A DNA stretch of 48,654 nucleotides, from the sequence record SRR22947727_329; one strand, written 5' to 3'. Every line of letters begins with the position of its first letter. Position 1 is the stretch's first letter. Shown piece after piece: positions 1-8,660 of this stretch. The translations under genes were made by a program, and so were the position numbers. The notes under the pieces are model-generated. The model was not told where the DNA came from. It did not search any database and saw only the letters and a list, made by a program, of their open reading frames with translations.

Positions 1-45
1 ACATCCAACCGTCCAACATCCAACCGTCCAGGCTCCAATCGCCTG
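1..45 (+). repeat. 15-bp in-frame tandem repeat in the csoSCA N-terminal region
   Basis: ACATCCAACCGTCCA twice (1-30) plus a degenerate third unit GGCTCCAATCGCCTG; encodes TSNRP-TSNRP-GSNRL. Confidence 0.85.
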
Positions 46-1446
46 CATCCTTTAACCGATTCGGTTGCTAATGACCATTTACGGGCTTACGAGCTGGAAG
101 TTAAAGGGCGCTTCGAAAGAATTGTTCCTGTTCTCCAAAAGATTTCAGCGCTTCAACATCACGCTGATTTTATCGATCAGGCACAGCTACTAGCTTGTCG
201 TGAACTTGGTTTTGACCTGCCCAAGCACATTCTTGAGCGTGCTTGGGTACGTCCATTAGATATGAGAGCGCTTTATGCATGGTGCGTTTTTGAGTCGCAC
301 CGTGTTTTTAGTGATTGCTTTTTTCAGAACGATCCTCTCGCGGCCTCTTCAGGGAGTGAAGCGGCAAAGACGTTTGAGCGCTTCCTTCTTGATTGCGGTT
401 TCCATCTCCTCGATGTGACACCTTGTGCGGATGGTCGGCTGGCTCATTCCATTGCTTACGCCTTACGGATTCCGTTCAGTTCAGTGCGTCGCCGGAGCCA
501 TGCCGGAGCCATGTTTGATGTTGAAAATACCGTCAACCGATGGGTCAAAACAGAACATCGGCGTTATCGCGAGTCCATCCCTAACGCTGTCAGCCAAGAC
601 ACCCGTTATCTCAAGGTTGTGACCTATCACTTCAGCTCCTTGGATCCAAGCCATCAGGGCTGTGCTGCCCATGGAAGTGATGACAAATTGGCTGCCTCCG
701 CTGGATATCAGCGACTGCTTGATTTCCGACAAGCTGTTGAAAATAGCTTTTGTTGTGGTGCTTCCGTTGATTTGTTATTGATTGGACTCGATACCGATAC
801 CGATGCAATCAGGGTTCATCCACCCGCAAGCGATAGTTCAACTCAGTTGGATCGTTGGGTGTCAGCTCGAGATCTGTATGAGGCAACGTCAACGATGTCT
901 CCCGATCAAGCCTTGATTCAAATCGCTGAAGCTGTTGAATCTGGTGCTCCCGGGGCGATGGACTCGGGAATGGTGTCTTTATTGACTCGCTTATTGGCCA
1001 ATAATATTTCTCAAATTGATTATGTATCTGAGCTTCATGGTGGTCCCTATCCAGATGCTGGCCATGCGGAACGTTTTATTGGTGTAGGAATCGGTTTTAA
1101 AGAAGTTCATTTACGAAATCTCACTTATTTTGCCCACCTAGATACCGTCGAAGAAGGGGCTCCAGATTTGGACGTTGGCGTGAAAATTTTCAAAGGTTTA
1201 AATGTTTTGCATGATCTGCCTATCCCCGTTGTAATTCGTTTTGATTATTCCAGTTCAGTACCTGGTGCGCGTGAACGAGCGATTTCAGATTGTCAGAGAG
1301 TGGATTCGGCTATTGCGAATCGATACTCAGATCTCGTTGGTGATGGTTTAATTCATACCTGTTTAACCATCCGAGATCGAAGTCAAACTTCTCCAGCAGA
1401 AGTTGTAGGGTCCACACTCGATCCAGATGTTCAGGAGGCTCACTGA
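1..1446 (+). CDS. csoSCA: Carboxysomal beta-class carbonic anhydrase CsoSCA (CsoS3), 5' end outside window
   Basis: Frame 1 is open from base 1 (TSNRPTSNRPGSNRLHPLTD...AWVRPLDMRALY) into the 262..1446 ORF; Zn-ligand motifs PCADGR and HFS...HQGCAAHGS; lies upstream of csoS4A/B. Confidence 0.95.
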   Translation, partial: TSNRPTSNRPGSNRLHPLTDSVANDHLRAYELEVKGRFERIVPVLQKISALQHHADFIDQAQLLACRELGFDLPKHILERAWVRPLDMRALYAWCVFESHRVFSDCFFQNDPLAASSGSEAAKTFERFLLDCGFHLLDVTPCADGRLAHSIAYALRIPFSSVRRRSHAGAMFDVENTVNRWVKTEHRRYRESIPNAVSQDTRYLKVVTYHFSSLDPSHQGCAAHGSDDKLAASAGYQRLLDFRQAVENSFCCGASVDLLLIGLDTDTDAIRVHPPASDSSTQLDRWVSARDLYEATSTMSPDQALIQIAEAVESGAPGAMDSGMVSLLTRLLANNISQIDYVSELHGGPYPDAGHAERFIGVGIGFKEVHLRNLTYFAHLDTVEEGAPDLDVGVKIFKGLNVLHDLPIPVVIRFDYSSSVPGARERAISDCQRVDSAIANRYSDLVGDGLIHTCLTIRDRSQTSPAEVVGSTLDPDVQEAH

Positions 1447-1448
1447 TC

Positions 1449-1733
1449 ATGCTTATCGTCAAGGTTATTAAGCCACTGGTTTCTACCAATCGCATTCCTG
1501 ATTTCGAACACAAGCACCTTCAGGTTGTTCTAGACGGCAGCACCCAAAAGGTTGCCGTTGATGCTGTTGGTGCGAAGCCTGGTGATTGGGTGATTTGTGT
1601 CAGTAGCTCTGCCGCTAGGGAAGCTGCAGGAAGTAAGTCGTATCCAAGCGATCTCACCATTGTTGGAATCATTGACCATTGGGATCCCGATCCACCGAAG
1701 CCATCGTCTTCATCGAATGAGGCGAAGAGCTAG
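1449..1733 (+). CDS. csoS4A: Carboxysome vertex protein CsoS4A (peptide A, CcmL/EutN family)
   Basis: MLIVKVIKPLVSTNRI...VAVDAVGAKPGDWV...SDLTIVGIIDHW pentamer signature; directly after csoSCA. Confidence 0.95.
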   Translation: MLIVKVIKPLVSTNRIPDFEHKHLQVVLDGSTQKVAVDAVGAKPGDWVICVSSSAAREAAGSKSYPSDLTIVGIIDHWDPDPPKPSSSSNEAKS

Positions 1734-1984
1734 TGGAAATCATGCAGGTGATGGGGACTCTTGTCTGTACCTTCCGCGTCGGAGGTTTGGACCATATGCA
1801 CCTGCGAATTCTGAAAAACAACAAGGGCAAACAACTCGTTGCTGTCGATCCTGTTGGCGCTCGAGAAGGCAATTGGGTTTTTACCGCTAGTGGTTCTGCC
1901 GCACGACATGCCTGTCCTGACAACACGGTGCTCACAGATCTCACCATCGGTGGAATCATCGACCACTGGATGCCAGATGGATAA
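1733..1984 (+). CDS. csoS4B: Carboxysome vertex protein CsoS4B (peptide B)
   Basis: MEIMQVMGTLVCT...VAVDPVGAREGNWVF...TDLTIGGIIDHW; GTG start overlaps the csoS4A stop. Confidence 0.95.
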   Translation: MEIMQVMGTLVCTFRVGGLDHMHLRILKNNKGKQLVAVDPVGAREGNWVFTASGSAARHACPDNTVLTDLTIGGIIDHWMPDG

Positions 1985-2030
1985 CTAATTCACGTTCTGC
2001 TCTCCGTCCCACCTCAACCCAATCCATCCA

Positions 2031-2570
2031 ATGGCCACCCCTTCACCCCGTCGTCGTTCCAGCGCCGACTCCGCCGCATCAACCCCAACGAATAAATCCG
2101 CTACCCCCACTTCAGCCGCTGCGAAAGCCACCGTTGATGTGAAGCCTGTCGAGAGCGCTTCTGCTCCTGTAGCGAGCTCCCCTGCTCGCAGCACCTCCCG
2201 ACGGACACCACCAAGTGGAGGCAGTGGAAAAGGGTCCTCCCTTCAGGCTTCTGCGAGCCCTTCTCCGAGGCGTCCATTTGGTATCGCCCTTGGCATGATT
2301 GAGACCCGAGGCATGGTGCCTGCCATTGAGGCAGCTGATGCAATGACGAAAGCTGCAGAGGTGCAGCTGATCAGTCGTGAATACGTCGGCGGTGGATACG
2401 TCACGGTGATGGTGCGTGGCGAGACCGGAGCGGTGAATGCTGCCGTGCGCGCAGGTGCTGATGCCTGTGAACGGGTTGGAGACGGTCTTGTTGCGGCACA
2501 CATCATTGCTCGTCCTCACGATGAAGTGGAACCAGCTCTCTCCTGTACGAACGTGACGCGGCGGATGTGA
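2031..2570 (+). CDS. csoS1E: BMC-domain shell protein with long S/P/A/R-rich N-terminal extension (CsoS1E type)
   Basis: C-terminal CsoS1 domain GIALGMIETRG...AAHIIARPH after about 80 low-complexity residues. Confidence 0.85.
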   Translation: MATPSPRRRSSADSAASTPTNKSATPTSAAAKATVDVKPVESASAPVASSPARSTSRRTPPSGGSGKGSSLQASASPSPRRPFGIALGMIETRGMVPAIEAADAMTKAAEVQLISREYVGGGYVTVMVRGETGAVNAAVRAGADACERVGDGLVAAHIIARPHDEVEPALSCTNVTRRM

Positions 2571-2649
2571 GCAATACGTCACCTCTGTCCAACTCCGTTT
2601 AGATTCCCCGCCCAACATTCCTCTCAACGGCGCAACCGCCCCGTTTCTC

Positions 2650-4494
2650 TTGATTTCAGCTGCAACGCTGCCTCTGCAAACCGCCTGGTTGATCCCGCTC
2701 TATGGGTTCGCCGGGATGTTGGTTTCACTGCCTTGGGCTTTGGGTGTCTTTCGTCGTGATTCCCATCGCCCTGCGGCCTACCTCAACATCCTGCTCACAT
2801 TGCTTGCTTTCATCCATGGAAGCCTTGTGCTGCGCGACGTTATGGCAGGTGGACCCACCCTTCTGACGTTTCCATGGCTCAACGTGGCCGATCTCAATCT
2901 TGAGATCAGCTTCAGCCTCTCTCTCACCAATGTGTCTGCTCTTGAGCTGATCACCGGTTTGAGTTTCTTCTCTCAGTTGTATTCCCTGGGCTATCTCGAT
3001 AAGGAGTGGGCGTTAGCCAGGTTCTTTGCATTGCTGGGCTTCTTCGAGGGGGCGATGTCCGGGGTTGTTTTGAGCGACTCCTTGTTCCAGAGCTATTTCC
3101 TGCTGGAAATGCTCACGCTCTCGACCTACCTCTTGGTGGGGTTTTGGTACGCCCAACCCCTCGTGGTGACTGCAGCAAGGGATGCATTCCTCACCAAGCG
3201 CGTTGGTGATGTGATGCTCTTGATGGGGATGGTTGCCCTAGCAACGTGGTCGGGTGTGACCAGCTTTGACGACCTCTATGCCTGGTCTGCAGCAGACACA
3301 ATCAGTCCACTAGCGGCAACCTTGCTCGGGCTAGGCCTGATTGCTGGACCAACGGGTAAGTGCGCCCAATTCCCAATGCATCTCTGGCTTGATGAAGCCA
3401 TGGAAGGTCCTAACCCAGCCTCGATTCTTCGGAACTCTGTGGTTGTGACCTGCGGTGCTCTTGTTTTGCTGAAGGTGATGCCTCTGCTGCAGAACGCGCC
3501 AGTCACACTCGTTGTTCTCCAGGTGATTGGAACGATTAGTGCGATTGGGGGGTCTCTGGTCTCGATTGCTCAGGTGGATATCAAACGCACGCTGTCGTAT
3601 TCCACAACTGCTTATCTCGGGCTTGTTTTCATCGCGATTTCCTTGCAGGTGCCCGTACTGGCCCTGCTGCTCCTGTTCGCCCATGCTGTCTCGAAGGCAC
3701 TGCTTTCGATGAGTGTGGGTGGCGTGATCGCTTCCACGAATTGCCAGGACATCACTGAGCTTGGTGGCCTTGGCGGGAGAATGCCTGCCACAACTGGTTC
3801 TTATTTGGTGGGAAGTGCGGGGCTTGTGGGTCTTCTCCCCCTAGGCGGATTCCTTTGCCTGGCGCAGGCCGTTGAGCTAGTGGGAGCTCGCTCAGTGATT
3901 TTTGTACCAGTTTTCCTTCTCACCAATGCGCTAACCGCCCTCAATCTCACCAGGATTTACCGACAGGTTTTTCTTGGCCGCTCTTTAACAAAGACGCGTC
4001 GAGCCGCAGAGGTGAACTGGCAGATGGCCTTCCCGATGGTGTCTCTTGCCGTCATCGTTGTCTTAACTCCGCTGCTGTTGATTCGCCTGGAGTCTCTGGA
4101 TGGTTTGCTGGCGTTCCCTCTGTGGGCAGCTGGTGTTGTGGTGGGGAGTGGTTTGATTGGCTTGTTGGTAGGAGCTTTTATTCCCCTCAACAAAGCCTGG
4201 TCTCGATCTCTCAATCCCGTGCTGCGTTGGATCCAGGACCTTCTTGAAAATGATTTTTATACAGAGAGGTTCTATCGCTTGACGATCGTTAATGTAGTGG
4301 CCTTATTCTCGAAGCTTGCTTATAGCTTTGATCGAAATGTTGTTGATGGAGTACTCCATGGTCTTGCTCGATTCTCACTTCAGAGTGCTGAAGGCTTGAA
4401 GTTGAGCATTAGTGGTCGAAGCCAAAGCTATCTTCTAACCGTCATTGCGGCCATCGTGTTGCTCTTGTCATCTCTGAGCTGGTGGCTGAACTGA
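2650..4494 (+). CDS. ndhF4: NDH-1 CO2-uptake subunit NdhF4
   Basis: Polytopic NuoL-like protein with GKCAQFPMHLWLDEAMEGPNPAS; clustered with ndhD and cup genes. Confidence 0.9.
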   Translation: MISAATLPLQTAWLIPLYGFAGMLVSLPWALGVFRRDSHRPAAYLNILLTLLAFIHGSLVLRDVMAGGPTLLTFPWLNVADLNLEISFSLSLTNVSALELITGLSFFSQLYSLGYLDKEWALARFFALLGFFEGAMSGVVLSDSLFQSYFLLEMLTLSTYLLVGFWYAQPLVVTAARDAFLTKRVGDVMLLMGMVALATWSGVTSFDDLYAWSAADTISPLAATLLGLGLIAGPTGKCAQFPMHLWLDEAMEGPNPASILRNSVVVTCGALVLLKVMPLLQNAPVTLVVLQVIGTISAIGGSLVSIAQVDIKRTLSYSTTAYLGLVFIAISLQVPVLALLLLFAHAVSKALLSMSVGGVIASTNCQDITELGGLGGRMPATTGSYLVGSAGLVGLLPLGGFLCLAQAVELVGARSVIFVPVFLLTNALTALNLTRIYRQVFLGRSLTKTRRAAEVNWQMAFPMVSLAVIVVLTPLLLIRLESLDGLLAFPLWAAGVVVGSGLIGLLVGAFIPLNKAWSRSLNPVLRWIQDLLENDFYTERFYRLTIVNVVALFSKLAYSFDRNVVDGVLHGLARFSLQSAEGLKLSISGRSQSYLLTVIAAIVLLLSSLSWWLN

Positions 4495-4498
4495 ATTA

Positions 4499-6007
4499 AT
4501 GATGATTCTTACTCTGCTACTTGTTATTCCTTTCTTGGGGGCTCTGTTGCTGTCCCTATGGCCTCAAGGATCAACGCCAGCTCAACTAAGACGTCTAACC
4601 CTGGTCATACTTTCCGTTCAATGCCTTGCCAGTTTCGCGTTGCTGTTCTGGTTTGATCCGAGCAACCCTGGTTTGCAGCTTCAGGAACGCTTGCCTTGGC
4701 TTCCCAGTGTTGGGCTTGACTACTCTTTAGCGGTTGATGGAATCTCCCTTCCGCTTGTTTTGATGAATGCTGTGCTCTGTCTCGTTTCAGCAGTGGCATC
4801 GCGAAAGATTGAGGATCGACCAAGAATTTATTTCGCACTTTTATTAATCATTAGTGGGGCTGTGAATGGAGCCTTTTTAGCTCAAAATCTTTTGCTCTTT
4901 TTCTTGTTTTATGAGCTTGAGCTGATTCCACTTTGGTTGTTAATCGCTATCTGGGGTGGTGCCAATCGAGCCTATGCGTCCACGAAGTTTCTGATTGTTA
5001 CCGCAGTTTCTGGGGTCTTGATTTTGGGAGCATTCCTTGGGATTGCTCTCGTCACTGGAAGCGTTGATTTTGGAATCCGACCGATCTTGTCGGGAGAGAT
5101 GGGTCTCACCTCACAACTGTTGCTGATGGGGGCGCTGTTGATTGGGTTTGGGATCAAGATCCCTCTCTTTCCTTTTCACACCTGGCTACCGGATGCTCAC
5201 ACCGAAGCTTCGACTCCGGTGTCGGTTCTTTTGGCAGGAGTTCTCCTCAAGCTTGGGACCTACGGGTTGTTGCGATTTTGCCTTGGTCTCTTCCCTGAGG
5301 CATGGGAGGTTGCAGCCCCCTGGTTGGCTCTCTGGGCAGCGATTTCTGTCCTGTATGGCTCCTTAGCTGCAATTGCTCAATCCGATATGAAGCGCATGGT
5401 GGCTTACAGCTCTGTGGGACATATGGGATATGTCTTGCTCGCTGCTGCCGCTGCAACGCCATTGGGTTTGATCGGTGCACTATTCCAAATGGTGAGCCAC
5501 GGTTTGATTTCAGCGATTCTCTTTCTCGCTGTAGGTGTTGTTTATGAACGAACAGGTACAAGAGATCTGAATGTTCTTCGCGGACTCCTTAATCCTCAGC
5601 GTGGCTTACCCCTCACTGGAACCCTGATGATTGTGGGTGTGATGGCAAGTGCTGGAATCCCAGGCATGGCGGGTTTTATCTCTGAATTTCTTGTTTTCAG
5701 AGGAAGTCTTCAGCCTTTTCCAATCGCCACTTTGCTTTGCATGGTGGGGTCAGGTTTGACAGCTGTGTATTTCTTGTTGCTTGTGAACCGAGCCTTCTTT
5801 GGACGCTTGGCTATTGCTCCAGGCCGAGTCTCTAATCCCACCATTCTTTCCATCGTGCCGCTCCACGAGCAGCTCCCTGCGATCGCGCTGTCTTTCCTGG
5901 TGTTGCTCCTGGGTCTGGCTCCGGATCTTTTGGTTGGAATGAGTCAGGCAGCTACCACCGGTCTCAGCGAATTAGCGCTCTTACCCATCACAGGAGGACT
6001 TTCATGA
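4499..6007 (+). CDS. ndhD4: NDH-1 CO2-uptake subunit NdhD4
   Basis: NuoM-like motifs KIPLFPFHTWLPDAHTEA and KRMVAYSSVGHMG. Confidence 0.9.
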   Translation: MMILTLLLVIPFLGALLLSLWPQGSTPAQLRRLTLVILSVQCLASFALLFWFDPSNPGLQLQERLPWLPSVGLDYSLAVDGISLPLVLMNAVLCLVSAVASRKIEDRPRIYFALLLIISGAVNGAFLAQNLLLFFLFYELELIPLWLLIAIWGGANRAYASTKFLIVTAVSGVLILGAFLGIALVTGSVDFGIRPILSGEMGLTSQLLLMGALLIGFGIKIPLFPFHTWLPDAHTEASTPVSVLLAGVLLKLGTYGLLRFCLGLFPEAWEVAAPWLALWAAISVLYGSLAAIAQSDMKRMVAYSSVGHMGYVLLAAAAATPLGLIGALFQMVSHGLISAILFLAVGVVYERTGTRDLNVLRGLLNPQRGLPLTGTLMIVGVMASAGIPGMAGFISEFLVFRGSLQPFPIATLLCMVGSGLTAVYFLLLVNRAFFGRLAIAPGRVSNPTILSIVPLHEQLPAIALSFLVLLLGLAPDLLVGMSQAATTGLSELALLPITGGLS

Positions 6008-7146
6008 CTGCTTCCAAGATCACTGATGTCCCAACAATCCCCACCCTCCCTGATCGTGAAGAGCTGATCCGTCGCTTGCTTTCTGACCAACCTTTATTGG
6101 TTGATACGCCTGATCATCTTCTCCAGATTGTCAATGTTCTCGATAGCTACGGGATCGTTCTTGATGCCTACAGCCGCAACCTTGTGAATCAGGGTGAAAC
6201 TCAGCTTTTGAATCCATTTCCAGTGATGCGATTCTTTCACGAGGGTTTCAGTGTTGAACGCTTATGGCAGCACCTTCGCGGTGATCGCATCAACTTTGAG
6301 TATGCCGAGTATTGCCAGAAAGCAATGTTTTGGCATGGTACTGGCGGAATGGATGCTTATTTCGATTCCGAGCCTTTTCTGGAGACCTGTCAGAAAATCA
6401 TTGCTTTGCGAAGTCGCAGGGATCCATTGTTGGCATTGGTGCATCGGCTTTATCCAGGCTTTGCGCCTGAGGCCATTCGATCGATGGCCACCATTTATGC
6501 CCTTGGTCTGTTTTGGCGGGTGATGAGTGACCTCTTCCTTGACCTGTCTCGTAAATATCGCAATGGTGAAATTGTGTCTGTTAATGATGCTGTTCATCAC
6601 ATCAGAGATGGTTTAGTTGCTGCCGCTGGAGATCCGATGACTTACAAAGTCACGGTGGGGAATGAAGAGGTTTGGGTTCTACCACCAGAGGCAGGACTGA
6701 CATTTTTGGTTGATGTGGCGGTGCCTTACGTGGAGGCTGTCTTTTTTAGGGGCATGCCCTTCCTTGGGACTGTGTCCTACAACGCACAGGCGCGACAGAT
6801 TTCAGCTGACATCGGTGATTTCAAGTACGGAGCCTTGTACGCAGATCCCATCCCGAGCATGGGAGCGGGAATTCCTCCAAGTTTGTGCATGCAAGATATG
6901 TACCGAAATCTTCCAGAAGAGCTCAGTGATTGGTACATGTCGCATGGCAGGGGCATGCATGATGTTCATGTTCAGATCTGCATCAGTTTTCAAAAATCGA
7001 TGTTTTGTGTCACGAATGGTGCGATCTCAGGCACGATGCCTCATCCCCTTGATACGACAGATGCTGATCAGCAACAAGCCAATCATGCTTACGCTGAATC
7101 ATGGTCTGAGCGGTTGATGGGATGTCAGCGAGGAGCTCTTCTCTAA
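6004..7146 (+). CDS. cupB: CO2 hydration protein CupB (ChpX)
   Basis: DRINFEYAEYC..AMFWHG, FFRGMPFLGTVSYNAQ and SFQKSMFCVT motifs; 380 aa; ATGA overlap with ndhD4. Confidence 0.9.
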   Translation: MTASKITDVPTIPTLPDREELIRRLLSDQPLLVDTPDHLLQIVNVLDSYGIVLDAYSRNLVNQGETQLLNPFPVMRFFHEGFSVERLWQHLRGDRINFEYAEYCQKAMFWHGTGGMDAYFDSEPFLETCQKIIALRSRRDPLLALVHRLYPGFAPEAIRSMATIYALGLFWRVMSDLFLDLSRKYRNGEIVSVNDAVHHIRDGLVAAAGDPMTYKVTVGNEEVWVLPPEAGLTFLVDVAVPYVEAVFFRGMPFLGTVSYNAQARQISADIGDFKYGALYADPIPSMGAGIPPSLCMQDMYRNLPEELSDWYMSHGRGMHDVHVQICISFQKSMFCVTNGAISGTMPHPLDTTDADQQQANHAYAESWSERLMGCQRGALL

Positions 7147-7321
7147 TCAATATTATGCAAAGAGATCGTCTGCTGTGAACACCCTAGAAGCATGGGATAC
7201 TGATTTTTAAATCTCATATTTGTTGTACCCTTCGTAGCATATAATGCAGTCATTGTGAAACATTCGCATGTATGTTCGTTGTTAAGTGGTTGATGATTGC
7301 TAAATAGCTGATTGCCCTTTA

Positions 7322-7498
7322 ATGAAAATTCATGATGGTGCTGCATTTTTATCTAGATTTGATGAGTCTGCTCAGATCCTTGAAGATTGGATCAATCGCA
7401 CAACATCAGAGGATCATGCTCAATTGAATAAGCTTTATTCTGATATGAATAAAAAAGTCCAGAAAAAAGTATCTAATCCTCCCGTCTCTGATGGATGA
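7322..7498 (+). CDS. Hypothetical 58-aa protein (not in the supplied ORF track)
   Basis: Read by hand: ATG 7322 to TGA 7498, MKIHDGAAFLSRFDESAQILEDWINRTTSEDHAQLNKLYSDMNKKVQKKVSNPPVSDG; amphipathic-helix-like composition. Confidence 0.45.
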   Translation: MKIHDGAAFLSRFDESAQILEDWINRTTSEDHAQLNKLYSDMNKKVQKKVSNPPVSDG

Positions 7499-7544
7499 CA
7501 AGACTTTGTATTTTTTGTTGGGAATTGCTTTGACTTTAAGGCTT

Positions 7545-7757
7545 TCACGTGGCTTGGATTTGTAGGGCCAGCTTCTCTTTTGATTTAATAACAAAGCACT
7601 TGATATCTCTTCCTATCGAACGTGGGGTTGTACTTAGGTGATCTCCTATTTGCTGATATGACCATCCTTGCTTCCTTAGGGCGATTGCAAGCCTTAGGCG
7701 CTTGGATCTCCATCCACTGGCTGAACCAAGAAAACGAGAGAATCTTTCTTCTTTCAT
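7545..7757 (-). CDS. Small helix-turn-helix protein (70 aa)
   Basis: AIALRKQGWSYQQIGDHLSTTPRSIGRDIK fits an HTH pattern; GAGGAG about 14 nt upstream of the ATG. Confidence 0.65.
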   Translation of the reverse strand: MKEERFSRFLGSASGWRSKRLRLAIALRKQGWSYQQIGDHLSTTPRSIGRDIKCFVIKSKEKLALQIQAT

Positions 7758-7781
7758 AGTGATTTAATTTACTCCTCAAGG

Positions 7782-7811
7782 CTATCAATCAGATCCATTT
7801 CTGATTGATAG
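7782..7811. promoter_or_regulatory. Perfect 12-bp inverted repeat (operator or hairpin)
   Basis: CTATCAATCAGA-tccatt-TCTGATTGATAG, 25 bp upstream of the HTH gene start in the divergent HTH/ferredoxin gap. The function is inferred. Confidence 0.55.
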
Positions 7812-7996
7812 GATGATCTTCTCCTTTCTATCAGATTAATCTCTTTGAGCACCTTTTAAGGAGGAATAGGGCATCTAATTGTCGGACTGACTGTTACCGT
7901 TGTTGAGCGAGAAGTGCTTTATGATACATTATGGGCCAATCGTTGTTTCGAATTCATTGATGAATGCAATAAAGTAATTGTTGGACTATTCTTGTG

Positions 7997-8290
7997 ATGA
8001 CATTTTTTAATGTTCAGCTAATGACTCCTCAAGGAGAGGTGTCATTTCAATGTCCTGATGATGAATATATTCTGGATGCTGCAGAGCAAGCGGGTATTGA
8101 TATGTCGTACTCATGTCGCGCTGGCGCATGTAGTTCATGCGTAGGCCGGTTGATTCAAGGAACATTAGATCAGAGTGATCAAAGTTTTCTAGACGAGGAA
8201 CAAATTAAAGATAAATATGCACTCTTATGTGTATCATATGCCACTTCTGATTTGATCGTCAAGACTGATTGTGAAGAAGAGCTTTGGTGA
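7997..8290 (+). CDS. petF: Plant-type [2Fe-2S] ferredoxin (PetF paralogue)
   Basis: [11 protein letters not shown]...DQSDQSFLD...LLCVSY; acidic C-terminus EEELW. Confidence 0.93.
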   Translation: MTFFNVQLMTPQGEVSFQCPDDEYILDAAEQAGIDMSYSCRAGACSSCVGRLIQGTLDQSDQSFLDEEQIKDKYALLCVSYATSDLIVKTDCEEELW

Positions 8291-8370
8291 TGCCTTCTTT
8301 CTGCGATCACTTCTAATTGACTCACTATTTCATTGGCTTCTAATTACGCCCGCTCTCCTGCTTCTATTCC

Positions 8371-8589
8371 GTGAAAATTTCATCTATTGTTGCAATCTAT
8401 CTTGAAGCAGTCACCTCTATGGTGATTCCTCTCTCTGCATTGAATGCGCTTTCTTTTTTGAAGAAAACAGCGGACAATGCTGAATATCGTTTAATTTCTA
8501 CATTAGAATTAAAGGTAAGGCAAGGAGTTATTCAAGTTATTCCTGTGATGAATGGTGATCATTCGCCTGATTCCTTTGTAACATATTAA
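8371..8589 (+). CDS. Hypothetical small protein or gene remnant
   Basis: 72-codon ORF (GTG; alternative ATG at 8419), co-oriented between ferredoxin and the hydrolase-fold gene. Confidence 0.35.
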   Translation: MKISSIVAIYLEAVTSMVIPLSALNALSFLKKTADNAEYRLISTLELKVRQGVIQVIPVMNGDHSPDSFVTY

Positions 8590-8660
8590 CCTTATTTCGG
8601 TGCCTCTTCACTCGAGTCATAGCCGCTATTACGGCATTATTGTAAAAGCATCATTAACGC

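Noticed and set aside
262-1446. ORF-track start of csoSCA at 262
   Set aside because: The frame is open and CsoSCA-like from base 1, so the real start is outside the window.
7234-7247. NtcA-like GTA-N8-TGC site (another at about 41181)
   Set aside because: Imperfect match to GTA-N8-TAC and likely by chance in AT-rich DNA.
7143-7346. 67-aa minus-strand ORF, plus overlapping 7406..7594 and 7585..7788 ORFs
   Set aside because: No recognisable motifs; they conflict with the better 7322 and 7545 candidates.
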